From NCBI GenBank assembly GCA_019244185.1, contig JAFATB010000025.1, positions 160,001 to 224,000 of the forward strand: DNA of 64,000 bases, written 5' to 3'. The position numbers and the translations under genes were made by a program. Within the stretch, counting starts at the first letter, position 1; the number at the start of each line of letters is the position of its first letter. Source of the DNA: Acidobacteriota bacterium (GTDB taxonomy: Bacteria > Acidobacteriota > Thermoanaerobaculia > Gp7-AA8). The notes under the pieces are model-generated. The model did not search any database, had not been told where the DNA came from, and saw only the letters and a program-made list of their open reading frames with translations. Positions 28,665 to 38,048 of the stretch are shown piece by piece.

Positions 28665-29261
28665 TTATGGCGTGCGCGAATTCGTCAGCGCGTCGATCTT
28701 CGCGGCCAGCACGAAGTCGCTGCGCGTGAGCCCGTCGATCTTGTGCGTCCACGTCGTGACGCGCACTTTGCCCCACGCGAGAAGAATATCGGGGTGATGT
28801 CCCTCGTCCTCCGCAACGGCGCCGACGCGGTTCGTGAACGCGAGCGCCTGCGCGAAATCGGGGAAGCGGAACTCCTTCTCGAGATGATGTCCGTCGACGA
28901 CCTTCCAGTCGCCGCCGAGCTCGCGCGTCAGCGATGCGAGCTCTTCGCCGGCGAGCGGCGGGACGCCGCCGCGGCAGGGAACGCACTTTTCGGAAGCCAG
29001 CGTGTTCATCGGATGTCCTTCCCTCTCTCCGTCGACATAGGCGCGGAATCGTTCCGGATCGACGGCGTGCCGGAAAACGTCGCGGCCGTCGATGCGGATC
29101 ACCGGAACGTCGTCGGTGTAGCGCAGGCGGAGCTCCGGATCGCCGTCGATATCGACTTCGGCAATGCGCACCGCGACGCCCGAGGCGCGGATTGCGGCTT
29201 TCGCCTTTTCGCACAGCGAGCAGCCGGCGCGTGTGAACAGCGTCACGTCGACGCGTTTCAT
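28665..29261 (-). CDS. glutaredoxin-like (DUF836-type) domain fused to pterin-4-alpha-carbinolamine dehydratase
   Basis: N-half has RAGCSLC, EVDID and DVPVI. C-half has CVPC, EGHHPDI and WTHKIDGLTRSDFVLAAKID. No stop codon separates them. Confidence 0.8.
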   Translation of the reverse strand: MKRVDVTLFTRAGCSLCEKAKAAIRASGVAVRIAEVDIDGDPELRLRYTDDVPVIRIDGRDVFRHAVDPERFRAYVDGEREGHPMNTLASEKCVPCRGGVPPLAGEELASLTRELGGDWKVVDGHHLEKEFRFPDFAQALAFTNRVGAVAEDEGHHPDILLAWGKVRVTTWTHKIDGLTRSDFVLAAKIDALTNSRTP

Positions 29262-29305
29262 CGGCTGCTACGATACCGCTTTCCCCGATTGAGAAAGGAG
29301 CCGGT

Positions 29306-30145
29306 ATGTTCTCTCCCAGGCTCGTCTTCCCGCTTCTCCTCGGCATCGCCGCATCCGCGTTGGCGGCCGACCACGCCAGCGGCACGTACACCGTCAACGG
29401 CAAGACGGTGACGCTCGACCACGTCTACGCCGTCCCCCGCGAGAATCCGTTCGACAAGACAAAGACCGACACGCTGGTGATCCTCACCGACCGGGCGCTC
29501 ACCGCGGACGCGCTGCGCGACGACTTTGGTCTCATGGAGATCAAAGGCCTCAACGCCGTCGCGGTGCAGATCACCGGCGACAAAGAGATCGTCAGCGGCA
29601 TGCTCTACAGCGGCGCGTTCTCGAAGATGAGCAACATCTCCGCGACCGGCATGCACAAGCTGACGACGACCGTCTTCACGCCGTCGCACATCGCCGGCAG
29701 TTTGTCGGCGGATCCGAGTGACTTCTTCGACGAGCACTACGCGTACAAGGCCGACTTTGACGTCACCGTCGCGGCGCCGGCCGCGCTCGTCGTGCCACCG
29801 CCGAAAGGCACGCCGCTCGCGGCGGGCGGCGGCGAGCCCGGCAAAGCGTACGACGCGTACCGCAAAGTGCTCGCGTCGGGCGACCTCGCCGCGCTGCGCA
29901 AGGCGGTGAGCGCCGAGCGCGCGAAGGCGATGGACGATCCCGATTTCCTCAAGATGCTGCCGATGATCCAGGCGATGGAGCCGAAGAACGTGAAGATCAC
30001 GAGCGGCGCGGTCGACGGCGACCACGCGACGCTGCTCGTCACGGCCAGGGACGAGCACGAGACCTCGACCGGCACGGTGACGATGGTCCGCGAGCACGGC
30101 GTCTGGCGCGTCGCGGACGAGAGCTGGAAAGGCAGCATGAACTGA
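29306..30145 (+). CDS. secreted hypothetical protein
   Basis: AAAGGAG RBS, signal peptide (ASALA), C-terminal NTF2-like-looking domain ending MVREHGVWRV. Confidence 0.7.
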   Translation: MFSPRLVFPLLLGIAASALAADHASGTYTVNGKTVTLDHVYAVPRENPFDKTKTDTLVILTDRALTADALRDDFGLMEIKGLNAVAVQITGDKEIVSGMLYSGAFSKMSNISATGMHKLTTTVFTPSHIAGSLSADPSDFFDEHYAYKADFDVTVAAPAALVVPPPKGTPLAAGGGEPGKAYDAYRKVLASGDLAALRKAVSAERAKAMDDPDFLKMLPMIQAMEPKNVKITSGAVDGDHATLLVTARDEHETSTGTVTMVREHGVWRVADESWKGSMN

Positions 30146-30248
30146 CTCCGCCCAATCCCGCCGCGGGAGCTAGGAAAGCGCGCCGAAAACGCCGGGCGGA
30201 CGCCGCCGTGGCAAACGGTTTGCTTTCCTCCCGCGGCGGAGGTTGTTG

Positions 30249-30638
30249 GTGTCGGAGCGGCTCAAAGGCAGGATTCTCGTCGTCGATGATGACGACGCCA
30301 TTCGCACGATGGTCGAGCGGGTGTTGCGGCGCGAAAAGTACGATGTCGACAGCGCGCGCGACGGTTTCGAGGCGATCGAAAAGCTCAGCCATCAGGACTA
30401 CGGCACGATCCTTCTCGATCTGATGATGCCTCGCGTCGACGGCCACGGCGTTCTGCGGTTCCTCGAGACCAGCACCCCCACGCCGCCGCGCGTCATCATC
30501 ATGACCGCGAACATGCAGCAGGCCGGCGACTCCGCCAAAGCGAAGCCGGTCTTCCGCATCCTCTCCAAGCCGTTCGACATCCGCCAGCTCGTCTCGCACG
30601 TCGCGGAGTGTCATTCGCTGACGACCGAGACGACCTAG
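30249..30638 (+). CDS. single-domain response regulator
   Basis: ILVVDDD, LLDLMMP, IIMTA and KPF. GGAGG precedes GTG. Confidence 0.9.
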   Translation: MSERLKGRILVVDDDDAIRTMVERVLRREKYDVDSARDGFEAIEKLSHQDYGTILLDLMMPRVDGHGVLRFLETSTPTPPRVIIMTANMQQAGDSAKAKPVFRILSKPFDIRQLVSHVAECHSLTTETT

Positions 30639-30686
30639 CGTTTCGGAACGCGCGTTCCGGCCCGTCGTTTGCTCTGGTGGAGTGCG

Positions 30687-30878
30687 ATGTCTTCTCTCAC
30701 TACACTCGTCGTCGTTCTCATCGCGATTGCCGTGGCGCTGGCGATCGGTCTCGCCCTCGCCTACGTTCCGATGCGCCTGCTCGTCGGCCAGATGGCGCGC
30801 AACATCACGCAGTTCATCCAGCGGCAGCGCGAGCGCCGCGCCGTGCAGCGCGGCACGCCCGACCGGCGCCGGACGTAA
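30687..30878 (+). CDS. small single-pass membrane protein
   Basis: GGAG RBS, hydrophobic N-half, basic ERR...DRR tail. Confidence 0.6.
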   Translation: MSSLTTLVVVLIAIAVALAIGLALAYVPMRLLVGQMARNITQFIQRQRERRAVQRGTPDRRRT

Positions 30879-30894
30879 CGGTCGTGGTGGGGTT

Positions 30895-31497
30895 CTAGAG
30901 CGACTTCTCGATCGCCTGGCGCAGCTCGTCGTCGTTCGGCTCGATCGCGCCGTACTTTTTCCAGATCACGCGTCCGCTGCGATCGACGATCGCGGAGGTC
31001 GGCAGCACCGACGTCTGGAAGAGTCCGGCGATCCGTCCTTCCGCATCGATGGCCACGGGATAGGTCATCTTGTTCTGCGCGACGAACTGCTTGACCGAGT
31101 CGGGAGCGCCTTCGTCGACGCTGATGCCCACCACTTCGAAGCCGCGCGCGCCGTACTTCGACTGCAGCGTCTGCAACTCCGGGATCTCGTAGCGGCACGG
31201 GCCGCACCACGTCGCCCAGATGTTGAGCAGCACGACCTTGTCGCGATGCGACGTGAGCTCGAACTTCGAGCCGTCGAGCGACGTGGCCGCGTACTCCGGC
31301 ATCGTGCTGCCGACGTCGAGCGCCGCGGGCTCGGCCGCGGCCGCGCCACGACTCGCCGGCTCGGCGCCGGTGCTCGTCGTCGCGGCGGACGAGGTCGTCG
31401 CGGCCGCGGGCGCCGTCGTCGACGCGGCTTTCTCTCCGCGCTTGCACGCGGCGAGCAGCACGACGGCGGCGAGCGAGACGCTGACGAGTTTTCTCAA
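30895..31497 (-). CDS. TlpA-family thiol:disulfide oxidoreductase lipoprotein
   Basis: Lipobox LAAC, NIWATWCGPC, cis-Pro LPTS. Confidence 0.9.
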   Translation of the reverse strand: MRKLVSVSLAAVVLLAACKRGEKAASTTAPAAATTSSAATTSTGAEPASRGAAAAEPAALDVGSTMPEYAATSLDGSKFELTSHRDKVVLLNIWATWCGPCRYEIPELQTLQSKYGARGFEVVGISVDEGAPDSVKQFVAQNKMTYPVAIDAEGRIAGLFQTSVLPTSAIVDRSGRVIWKKYGAIEPNDDELRQAIEKSL

Positions 31498-31513
31498 ATG
31501 ATGCGGACGAGGA

Positions 31514-32167
31514 CTACTTCTTCTCCTCGTCCGGCTTCCCCTTCTTGATCACTTCCGGCTCGGCCGTTCCGGCCGCGCCTTCCGCCGTCGCATCCGTCAC
31601 CTCGGCACGCGCATGCGTGACGCCGACGACGACGCGCTCGGGATCATCGAGCACCTTTACGCCCTCGGGCAGCTTGAGGTCCTTGATGCGGAAGTAGTCG
31701 TGGCTGCCGAGCGGCGCGACGTCCACTTCGATCGAATCGGGGATCGCATTCGGGAGGCACTCGACGTGGAGCTCGCGCACCTGAAAGTCGAGCAGGCCGC
31801 CTTCCTTCACGCCCGCCGCGGTGCCGCTCACGTGCACCGGCACGGTCACGCGCACCACCTCGTCCATCACCACGCGGACGAAGTCGATGTGCGTCATCTT
31901 GCGGGAGATCGGATCGATGGTGAGATCCTTGATCATCGCGTGGCGCTGCTGATCGCTGCCCGCCATCTTCAGCAGGAACACCGAGCGGATGCCGTGCTCG
32001 CTCTTCTGAACGAGTTCCGACACCGCCTTGCGATCGACGGCGATCGCCACCGGCTCGCGGTGGCCGCCATAAACGACCGCCGGGACTTTGCCTTCGCGGC
32101 GCAGCTTCTTCGCCACTTCCTTGCCGGTTTGCTCGCGGCGATTGACTTCCAACGTGACCTCAGCCAT
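31514..32167 (-). CDS. rplY: 50S ribosomal protein L25 / CTC
   Basis: KKLRREGKVPAVVYG, HIDF, GVKEGG, CLPNAIP. AGGAG RBS, downstream of prs. Confidence 0.95.
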   Translation of the reverse strand: MAEVTLEVNRREQTGKEVAKKLRREGKVPAVVYGGHREPVAIAVDRKAVSELVQKSEHGIRSVFLLKMAGSDQQRHAMIKDLTIDPISRKMTHIDFVRVVMDEVVRVTVPVHVSGTAAGVKEGGLLDFQVRELHVECLPNAIPDSIEVDVAPLGSHDYFRIKDLKLPEGVKVLDDPERVVVGVTHARAEVTDATAEGAAGTAEPEVIKKGKPDEEKK

Positions 32168-32235
32168 TTGCTGACTCCTGTGCGTAGTTAGACAGAACGC
32201 GGTAAAGCGTTGAAAACGGGACGTTATTCCCGCGC

Positions 32236-33180
32236 TTACATCTCGAAGAGGCTCGAGACGGAATCCTCGTTGTGGATGCGCTTGATGGCTTCGGCCAGCA
32301 GGCTCGCGATCGACAGCGTCCGCAGCTTCGGGCAGTCCGCTTCCTTCTCCTGCGTCGGAATGCTGTTCGTCGTGATGACCTGGTCGAGGCTGCACGTGTT
32401 GATGCGCTGGATCGCGGGACCCGAGAGCACCGCGTGCGTGCACGCCGCCGAGATCGACTTCGCGCCTTTGTCGAACAGCGCCTGCACCGAGTGAATGAGC
32501 GTGCCCGCGGTGTCGATGATGTCGTCGACGATGAAGACGTTGCGCCCTTCGACCTCGCCGATGATGTTCATCACCTCGGTCTGATTCTTCGCGAAGCGCC
32601 GCTTGTCGATGATGGCCAGCGACGCGCCGAGGCGTTTCGCGTACGCACGCGCGCGCTCCACGCCGCCCGCGTCGGGAGAGACGATGGTGAGATTGTCGAG
32701 GTCCATCGACTTGAAATGACCGACGATGACCGGCGCGGCGAAGAGATGGTCGACCGGGATGTTGAAGAAGCCCTGGATCTGCGCGGCGTGCAGATCGAGC
32801 GTGAGCACGCGGTCGGCGCCGGCGGTGCTGATGAGGTCCGCGGCGAGCTTCGCGGTGATCGGCACGCGCGGCTTGTCCTTGCGGTCCTGCCGCGCGTAGC
32901 CGTAGTACGGGATGACGGCGGTGACGCGTTTGGCCGAGGAGCGCTTGAATGCGTCGAGCATGATCAAGAGCTCCATGAGGTGATCGTTGACCGACGGCGG
33001 ACAGGTCGGCTGGATCACGAACACGTCGGCGCCGCGGACGTTCTCGTCGATCTGCACGTAATGTTCGCCGTCGGAGAAGCTGTACAGCGTCACGTGCCCG
33101 AGCCCGACGCCAAGGCATGCGCCGATCTCTTCGGCGAGTGCTGGGTGGGATCGACCGGAGAAGATTTTGAGCTCGGTCAA
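32236..33180 (-). CDS. prs: ribose-phosphate pyrophosphokinase
   Basis: FSDGE, PYYGYARQDRK, DLHAAQIQGFF, VSPDAGG and VDDIIDTAGT. TTG start inferred. Confidence 0.96.
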   Translation of the reverse strand: MTELKIFSGRSHPALAEEIGACLGVGLGHVTLYSFSDGEHYVQIDENVRGADVFVIQPTCPPSVNDHLMELLIMLDAFKRSSAKRVTAVIPYYGYARQDRKDKPRVPITAKLAADLISTAGADRVLTLDLHAAQIQGFFNIPVDHLFAAPVIVGHFKSMDLDNLTIVSPDAGGVERARAYAKRLGASLAIIDKRRFAKNQTEVMNIIGEVEGRNVFIVDDIIDTAGTLIHSVQALFDKGAKSISAACTHAVLSGPAIQRINTCSLDQVITTNSIPTQEKEADCPKLRTLSIASLLAEAIKRIHNEDSVSSLFEM

Positions 33181-33220
33181 AGCGGCGGTGATTATAACGG
33201 TGCGTGCAACGACGGATGCA

Positions 33221-34963
33221 ATGACTGACGAACGCGCGATCGACGTCCTGCTGGAGACGGTTTCCGATGCCGTGTGGATCGTCGCGCCTTCGCTCGAGGT
33301 CGTGCGCGCGAACGCGCCGTTCGCCGCGCTCGCCATCGACATGCGCGAGCCGTGGTGGCGCGACCTCTGCGCGCGCGTGCTCGCCGGACGCGGCGTCGCG
33401 GCTCCCGCACGCATCGGCGAGCGCACGTACGCGATCACGGCTAATCCGCTGCAAGAAAACGCCGGCGCGGTCTTCGTCGCGCGCGAGCTCACCGAGACGC
33501 GCGTCGAACGCGACGACCTGCTCGAGCTCGCGGTCACGCGAATCTTCGCGACGGACAAGCCGCTCGCGGCAACGCTCGTGGACGTGCTCGAGTTTCTCTG
33601 CGAGAGCGACGGCTGGGATTACGGCGCGCTGCGCATCGGAAGCGACGCGGCGCCGCCCGCGGCACCGATTGCGACACCGATAGCGACACCGATAGCGACA
33701 TGGACGCGCCCCGACGCGAACGTCGATCTCGCCGAGGCGCCGGCGACGGTCTCGCTGCGCGCCGCCGACCGGCTCGTCGGCGTGCTCGAGCTGCGGCCGT
33801 CGCGCGGCGGACATCCGCGCGCGCTCGAACGCGCCGGCGGCTCACTCGCGCGGCTCATCGAGCGACACAGACTCCTCGAAGCGATCGAGCGCAAAGGACA
33901 GGAGTGGAGCCTCACCTTCGATGCGATCGAGCTGCCGATCTTCATCACGCGCGTCGACGGCACGATCGCGCGCGTGAACCGCGCCGCGCGCGACCTCGCC
34001 GGCGCGGAGTTCGAGTCGGTCGTCGGACGCCCGATCGCCATCGACGCGCGCGAGCCGTGGCGCACGCTCGCCGACGTCGTCGCCGCCGTGCGCGACAGCC
34101 GCACGCCGTGCACCGCCCAGCTCACCGACAACACGCGCACGTGGGACGTCAGCGCGAGCTGGTTCCGCTCCGCGAGCGACGACGACGAGCGAGTCATCAT
34201 CGTCATGCGCGACGTCACGACCGTCATCGAGCTGCAGGAGTCGGTGCGCCGCGGCGAGCAGCTCGCCGCGCTCGGCGAGCTCGTGGCCGGCGTCGCGCAC
34301 GAGGTGCGCAATCCGATCTTCGGCATGGGCCTCACCGTCGACGCGCTGCAGAGCATGCTGCCGGATGACGACGACTTCAACGAGCTCGCCGGCGTGCTGC
34401 GCACGTGGCTCGACCGCCTCAACCGCCTCATGGAATCGCTGCTCGAATACGGCCGCACGTGGACGCTCGAACTGCGCGGCGGCACGCTCGGCGACGTCCT
34501 GCCGCCGGTCATCGACGGCTGCCGGCAGATCGCCGCGCAGTCGTCCGTCGCCATCGAGACGGCGATCGAGCCCGATCTCGCGATGCTGCTCGATCCGAGC
34601 CGCCTCACGCACGCGTTCGAGAACCTCATCACGAACGCGATCCAGCATTCGAGCGCGGGCGATCGCGTCGTGATCTCCGCGCGCGCGCTCCGCGACGGCG
34701 GACGCGACGTCATCGAATGCGCCGTGCGCGACGAAGGTCCCGGCTTTTCGCCGTCCGATCTTCCGCGCGTCTTTCAGCCGTTCTTCACGCGCCGCCGCGG
34801 CGGCACCGGGCTCGGACTGTCGATCGTGCAGCGGATCGTGGATGAGCACGGTGGCACCGTCAGTGCAGGAAACGCCGAAGGCGGCGGAGCCGTTGTTACG
34901 ATGCGTTTCCCTGCATGGCGCGAATGGTCCACGACACGAACGAACGAACCCACCACATCCTGA
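33221..34963 (+). CDS. PAS/GAF sensor histidine kinase
   Basis: AGVAHEVRNP H-box, NLITNA, DEGPG, FQPFFT and GTGLGL. Confidence 0.9.
   Translation: MTDERAIDVLLETVSDAVWIVAPSLEVVRANAPFAALAIDMREPWWRDLCARVLAGRGVAAPARIGERTYAITANPLQENAGAVFVARELTETRVERDDLLELAVTRIFATDKPLAATLVDVLEFLCESDGWDYGALRIGSDAAPPAAPIATPIATPIATWTRPDANVDLAEAPATVSLRAADRLVGVLELRPSRGGHPRALERAGGSLARLIERHRLLEAIERKGQEWSLTFDAIELPIFITRVDGTIARVNRAARDLAGAEFESVVGRPIAIDAREPWRTLADVVAAVRDSRTPCTAQLTDNTRTWDVSASWFRSASDDDERVIIVMRDVTTVIELQESVRRGEQLAALGELVAGVAHEVRNPIFGMGLTVDALQSMLPDDDDFNELAGVLRTWLDRLNRLMESLLEYGRTWTLELRGGTLGDVLPPVIDGCRQIAAQSSVAIETAIEPDLAMLLDPSRLTHAFENLITNAIQHSSAGDRVVISARALRDGGRDVIECAVRDEGPGFSPSDLPRVFQPFFTRRRGGTGLGLSIVQRIVDEHGGTVSAGNAEGGGAVVTMRFPAWREWSTTRTNEPTTS
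33662..33700 (+). repeat. in-frame 12-bp tandem repeat (PIAT x3)
   Basis: GCACCGATT GCGACACCGATA GCGACACCGATA GCGACA inside the kinase gene. Confidence 0.75.
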
Positions 34964-35319
34964 TCGTCGACGACGAGGAACTGATCGTCCTCGCGATGCG
35001 CAAGTACTTCGAAGGCCTCGGCTACCGCGTCGATGCCGCGCACGAGCTCGAGGAGGCGCAGGCGCTGCTCGCCAACCGCGCCTACGACCTCGTCATCGCC
35101 GACCTCCGCCTCACCGGCATCGGCGGCGTCGAAGGCCTGCAGATCGTCTCCGACGTCCACCAGCGCCACGCGCACACGCGGGTCATCCTGCTCAGCGCAT
35201 TCGGCACGCCGGAGATCGAGCGCGAGTCGTACAACCGCGGCGCCGACGCGTTCCTCCACAAGCCGAAGGCGATGATGGAGATCGCGAACGTGGCCATGAA
35301 TCTGCTCGAGCAGAGCTGA
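34924..35319 (+). CDS. single-domain response regulator
   Basis: ILIVDDE, VIADLRL, ILLSA and HKP. Confidence 0.9.
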   Translation: MVHDTNERTHHILIVDDEELIVLAMRKYFEGLGYRVDAAHELEEAQALLANRAYDLVIADLRLTGIGGVEGLQIVSDVHQRHAHTRVILLSAFGTPEIERESYNRGADAFLHKPKAMMEIANVAMNLLEQS

Positions 35320-36068
35320 TGAGCGAATCGGCGCTCAACCGCATCCTGCAACCCGGCGGCATCACGCCCGTCTATCAGCCGCTCTTCCGCGCCGCCGGCG
35401 CGACGATCCGCATGCACGGACTGGAGTGCCTCTCGCGCGGTCCGCGCGGCACGAACTTCGAGTCGGCGAACGTGCTCTTCGAATACGTGCGGCTCAAGCG
35501 CGAGGAGTCGCTCGTCGACCGCGCGTGCGTCGCCGCGGCGCTGCGCGGCGCGTCGTCGCTGCCGCAGGGACTCGCGCTCACGATCAACGTGCACGCGTCG
35601 ACGCTGGGACGCGACCACGCGTTCCTGCCGTTCCTCACGTCGACCGCCGCCGCCACCGGCATCGAGCTCTCGCGCGTCACCGTCGACATCGTCGAGCACG
35701 CGCCGCCGTGGGACGGCGTGAGCTTTCTCGCCGCGATCGCGCAGCTCCGCGACCTCGGCGCCACGATCGCCCTCGACGACGTCGGCCTCGGGCAATCGAA
35801 CTTCAAGATGCTGCTCGACGTGAAGCCCGACTACCTGAAGCTCGACCGCTACTTCGTCGAGTCGTGCGCGCACGACCGCGAGCGTCGCGCCGTCATCGCC
35901 GCGCTGCAACAGCTCGCGCGCGAGTTCCACGCGGAGCTCGTCGCCGAGGGCGTGACGACGAAAGAGGATGCCGAGACGCTGCAGCAGCTCGGCATCACGC
36001 TCATGCAGGGCTTCTTCTTCGCGGAGCCGCTCACGCTCGAACAGGCGCAGGCGTTCTTCCGCGGCTGA
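35319..36068 (+). CDS. EAL-domain c-di-GMP phosphodiesterase
   Basis: PVYQP, ECLSR (EAL variant), IALDDVG, YLKLD, VAEGV and MQGFFF. Confidence 0.88.
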   Translation: MSESALNRILQPGGITPVYQPLFRAAGATIRMHGLECLSRGPRGTNFESANVLFEYVRLKREESLVDRACVAAALRGASSLPQGLALTINVHASTLGRDHAFLPFLTSTAAATGIELSRVTVDIVEHAPPWDGVSFLAAIAQLRDLGATIALDDVGLGQSNFKMLLDVKPDYLKLDRYFVESCAHDRERRAVIAALQQLAREFHAELVAEGVTTKEDAETLQQLGITLMQGFFFAEPLTLEQAQAFFRG

Positions 36069-36093
36069 CGCGGCGCTCGGCGATGCGCGCCGC

Positions 36094-36366
36094 TTACTGC
36101 GGCATCCACATCGACTGCGCGGCGATCAGCTCCACGTCGCCCGGCAGCGGCAGCAGCGCGGAGGCTTTCGTGAAGAACGCCAGTCCCTTGTAGCTGGTGA
36201 CGTAGCGATGTCCCGGCTGAAAGAAACGCGGCGCGGAGTACACGACCAGCGCTTCCTTCTGTTTCTGCACGAGCCGGAGAAAGGCGTCCGGCTCGACGCG
36301 CACGAGCGTGCCGGACGCTTTGATCGCCGCGATGATCGCGGCGGCGGCTGCGGCTCCCGCGGTCAC
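36094..36366 (-). CDS. small hypothetical protein
   Basis: AAAAIIAAIKASGTLVRVEP...YVTSYKGLAFFTK. GTGA-coupled to the upstream small gene. Confidence 0.7.
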   Translation of the reverse strand: MTAGAAAAAAIIAAIKASGTLVRVEPDAFLRLVQKQKEALVVYSAPRFFQPGHRYVTSYKGLAFFTKASALLPLPGDVELIAAQSMWMPQ

Positions 36367-36539
36367 GGTTCCTCGGTGACGACGGGGCCGTCGAGCGGCT
36401 CCATGCCTTCGAGATCGGGATCGCCTCCGGAGGCGATCTGGTTCTTGCGGTCGGCGCGGCGCGCCGCCTTCATCTGCTGCTTCTCGCGTTTGGCTTGTTC
36501 ACGCTGACGCTTCACGACGGACGGTCTCGGTTTTGCCAA
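36363..36539 (-). CDS. small basic/acidic hypothetical protein
   Basis: CAGGAG RBS before TTG. Sequence KRQREQAKREKQQMKAARR...GDPDLEG. Confidence 0.65.
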   Translation of the reverse strand: MAKPRPSVVKRQREQAKREKQQMKAARRADRKNQIASGGDPDLEGMEPLDGPVVTEEP

Positions 36540-36559
36540 TGGCGACGTTCTCCTGAAAT

Positions 36560-36589
36560 GCAAAGAGCAGGATCGCTCCTGCTCTTTGC
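36560..36589. promoter_or_regulatory. perfect 13-bp hairpin in a divergent intergenic region
   Basis: GCAAAGAGCAGGA-TCGC-TCCTGCTCTTTGC. Confidence 0.6.
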
Positions 36590-36683
36590 TGTGGTTTGTG
36601 CTGCGATTAGATCACGTTTGCGGCATTTCTCCGGAAAAACCGGCGCGCGCGACAGACCAACGGTCGTGAAAGGAGAAACGCTC

Positions 36684-37952
36684 ATGAAAGAAGTGATCTA
36701 CGAGGTCAACGACGTCAACACGACTCTGCAGGCCAACCTGCTCCGCGTCACCGCGGCAGGCGAGACCACGACCACCGGCTGGAGCGGCGGCGAGCTCCGC
36801 TTCGACGGACGGGAAGACGACACCCTCGTCTTCACCTTCGTCGCCACGCCGCCGGAAGGCATCATCATCCCCATCTTCACGCCGATCGAGTCCGCGCCGT
36901 TCGAGATCCCGCTGATGCCGCCGTTCTTCCCGCACTACGTCCGGGTGCGCGCGGCGCACAACGAGATCCGCGTGGCCATCGGCAAGGAGCTGGTCTACGA
37001 GGTGACGAGCGGCACCGCCGTCGGACGCGGCCCCGCGATCGAAGTCTCCGCGAACGGCATGACCACCGAGAACGACTGGACGGATGCGGAGCTCGTGCTG
37101 CAGCCCGGCTGCCGTTACGAGTACTGGTTCATGGCGCGACGCGGCGGCGCGCTTCCCGTGCTGACGCCGATCGCCGCCGGTCCCGAGGAGACGCTCGTGC
37201 GCCTGCCGTATCCGCAGCAGGTCGCGATCAAAGCGCGCACGAACAAGATCGACGTCGGCGTCAACGACGCGGAGAAACAGCGGATCCTGCACGTCGATGC
37301 GGCGCACGCGAAGCTCAGCGGCAACATGCTCGTCGTCGAAGCGCACGGAGAAACCTCGACCGCCGGCTGGAGCGAGCCGGAGCTGCGCCTCGCCAGCAGC
37401 AGCGAAGAGACGTACATCTTCGACTTCGTCGCGCTGCCGCCGAACGGCCCCGTCGCGCAGGTCCTCACGCCGATCTCCGTGCGCGGCGAGTTCGGCCCGA
37501 TGAATCTGCCGTTCAACGCGAAGGTCATCGTGCGCGCGGAACTGAACGAGGTCGTCGCATCCCAGGACGCACAGCGCCCCGCTGATGCGAACGCGCAGAA
37601 GGAGCTCGTCTACCGCGTCGACAGCGTCGAAGCGTCGTGGAACGGGCAGTACGTGGAGACGAAGGCGAACGGGATCGTCGTCTCGAGCGGCTACACGCAG
37701 CCCGAGTTGCGCCTGCTCCGCCGCACGAACGACACGATCTTCTTCTCGTTCCTCGCGCTGCGGCCGCAAGGTCCCGCGATTCCGGTCATCGAAGAGATCA
37801 GCGCCTCCGCGTCGACCGGCCCGGAGATGCCGCTCTTCCCGAGCTTCGTGGTCGTGTTCAGCGCGACGAACGCGAAACGCGTGCGGATCGAGAACGCCGC
37901 CGCCGCAACGGCGAAGAAATCGTCGTCGAAGCAGCCGCAGGCCAGCGCGTAG
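36684..37952 (+). CDS. protein with four tandem ~90-100 aa repeats, unknown function
   Basis: AAAGGAG RBS. Units begin KEVIYEV, KELVYEV, KQRILHV and KELVYRV, each with G.T...(G/D)W/Y..ELxL..F.F.A..P.G....TPI. Confidence 0.8.
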   Translation: MKEVIYEVNDVNTTLQANLLRVTAAGETTTTGWSGGELRFDGREDDTLVFTFVATPPEGIIIPIFTPIESAPFEIPLMPPFFPHYVRVRAAHNEIRVAIGKELVYEVTSGTAVGRGPAIEVSANGMTTENDWTDAELVLQPGCRYEYWFMARRGGALPVLTPIAAGPEETLVRLPYPQQVAIKARTNKIDVGVNDAEKQRILHVDAAHAKLSGNMLVVEAHGETSTAGWSEPELRLASSSEETYIFDFVALPPNGPVAQVLTPISVRGEFGPMNLPFNAKVIVRAELNEVVASQDAQRPADANAQKELVYRVDSVEASWNGQYVETKANGIVVSSGYTQPELRLLRRTNDTIFFSFLALRPQGPAIPVIEEISASASTGPEMPLFPSFVVVFSATNAKRVRIENAAAATAKKSSSKQPQASA

Positions 37953-38048
37953 CCATCACCACGCAACGTCGTGCGGCGACGCTCGTCGCCGCACGACGGC
38001 ACGCGCGGCGGGTCCGGCAGCGCTCTTGCGTTCGCTCACGCGACGAGC

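Noticed and set aside
33181-33220. tRNA-Gln often found upstream of prs
   Set aside because: Only a 40-bp spacer is present, with no cloverleaf.
31514-33814. 766-aa ORF as a large L25 fusion
   Set aside because: The upstream part overlaps prs in another frame. L25 has its own RBS and ATG at 32167.
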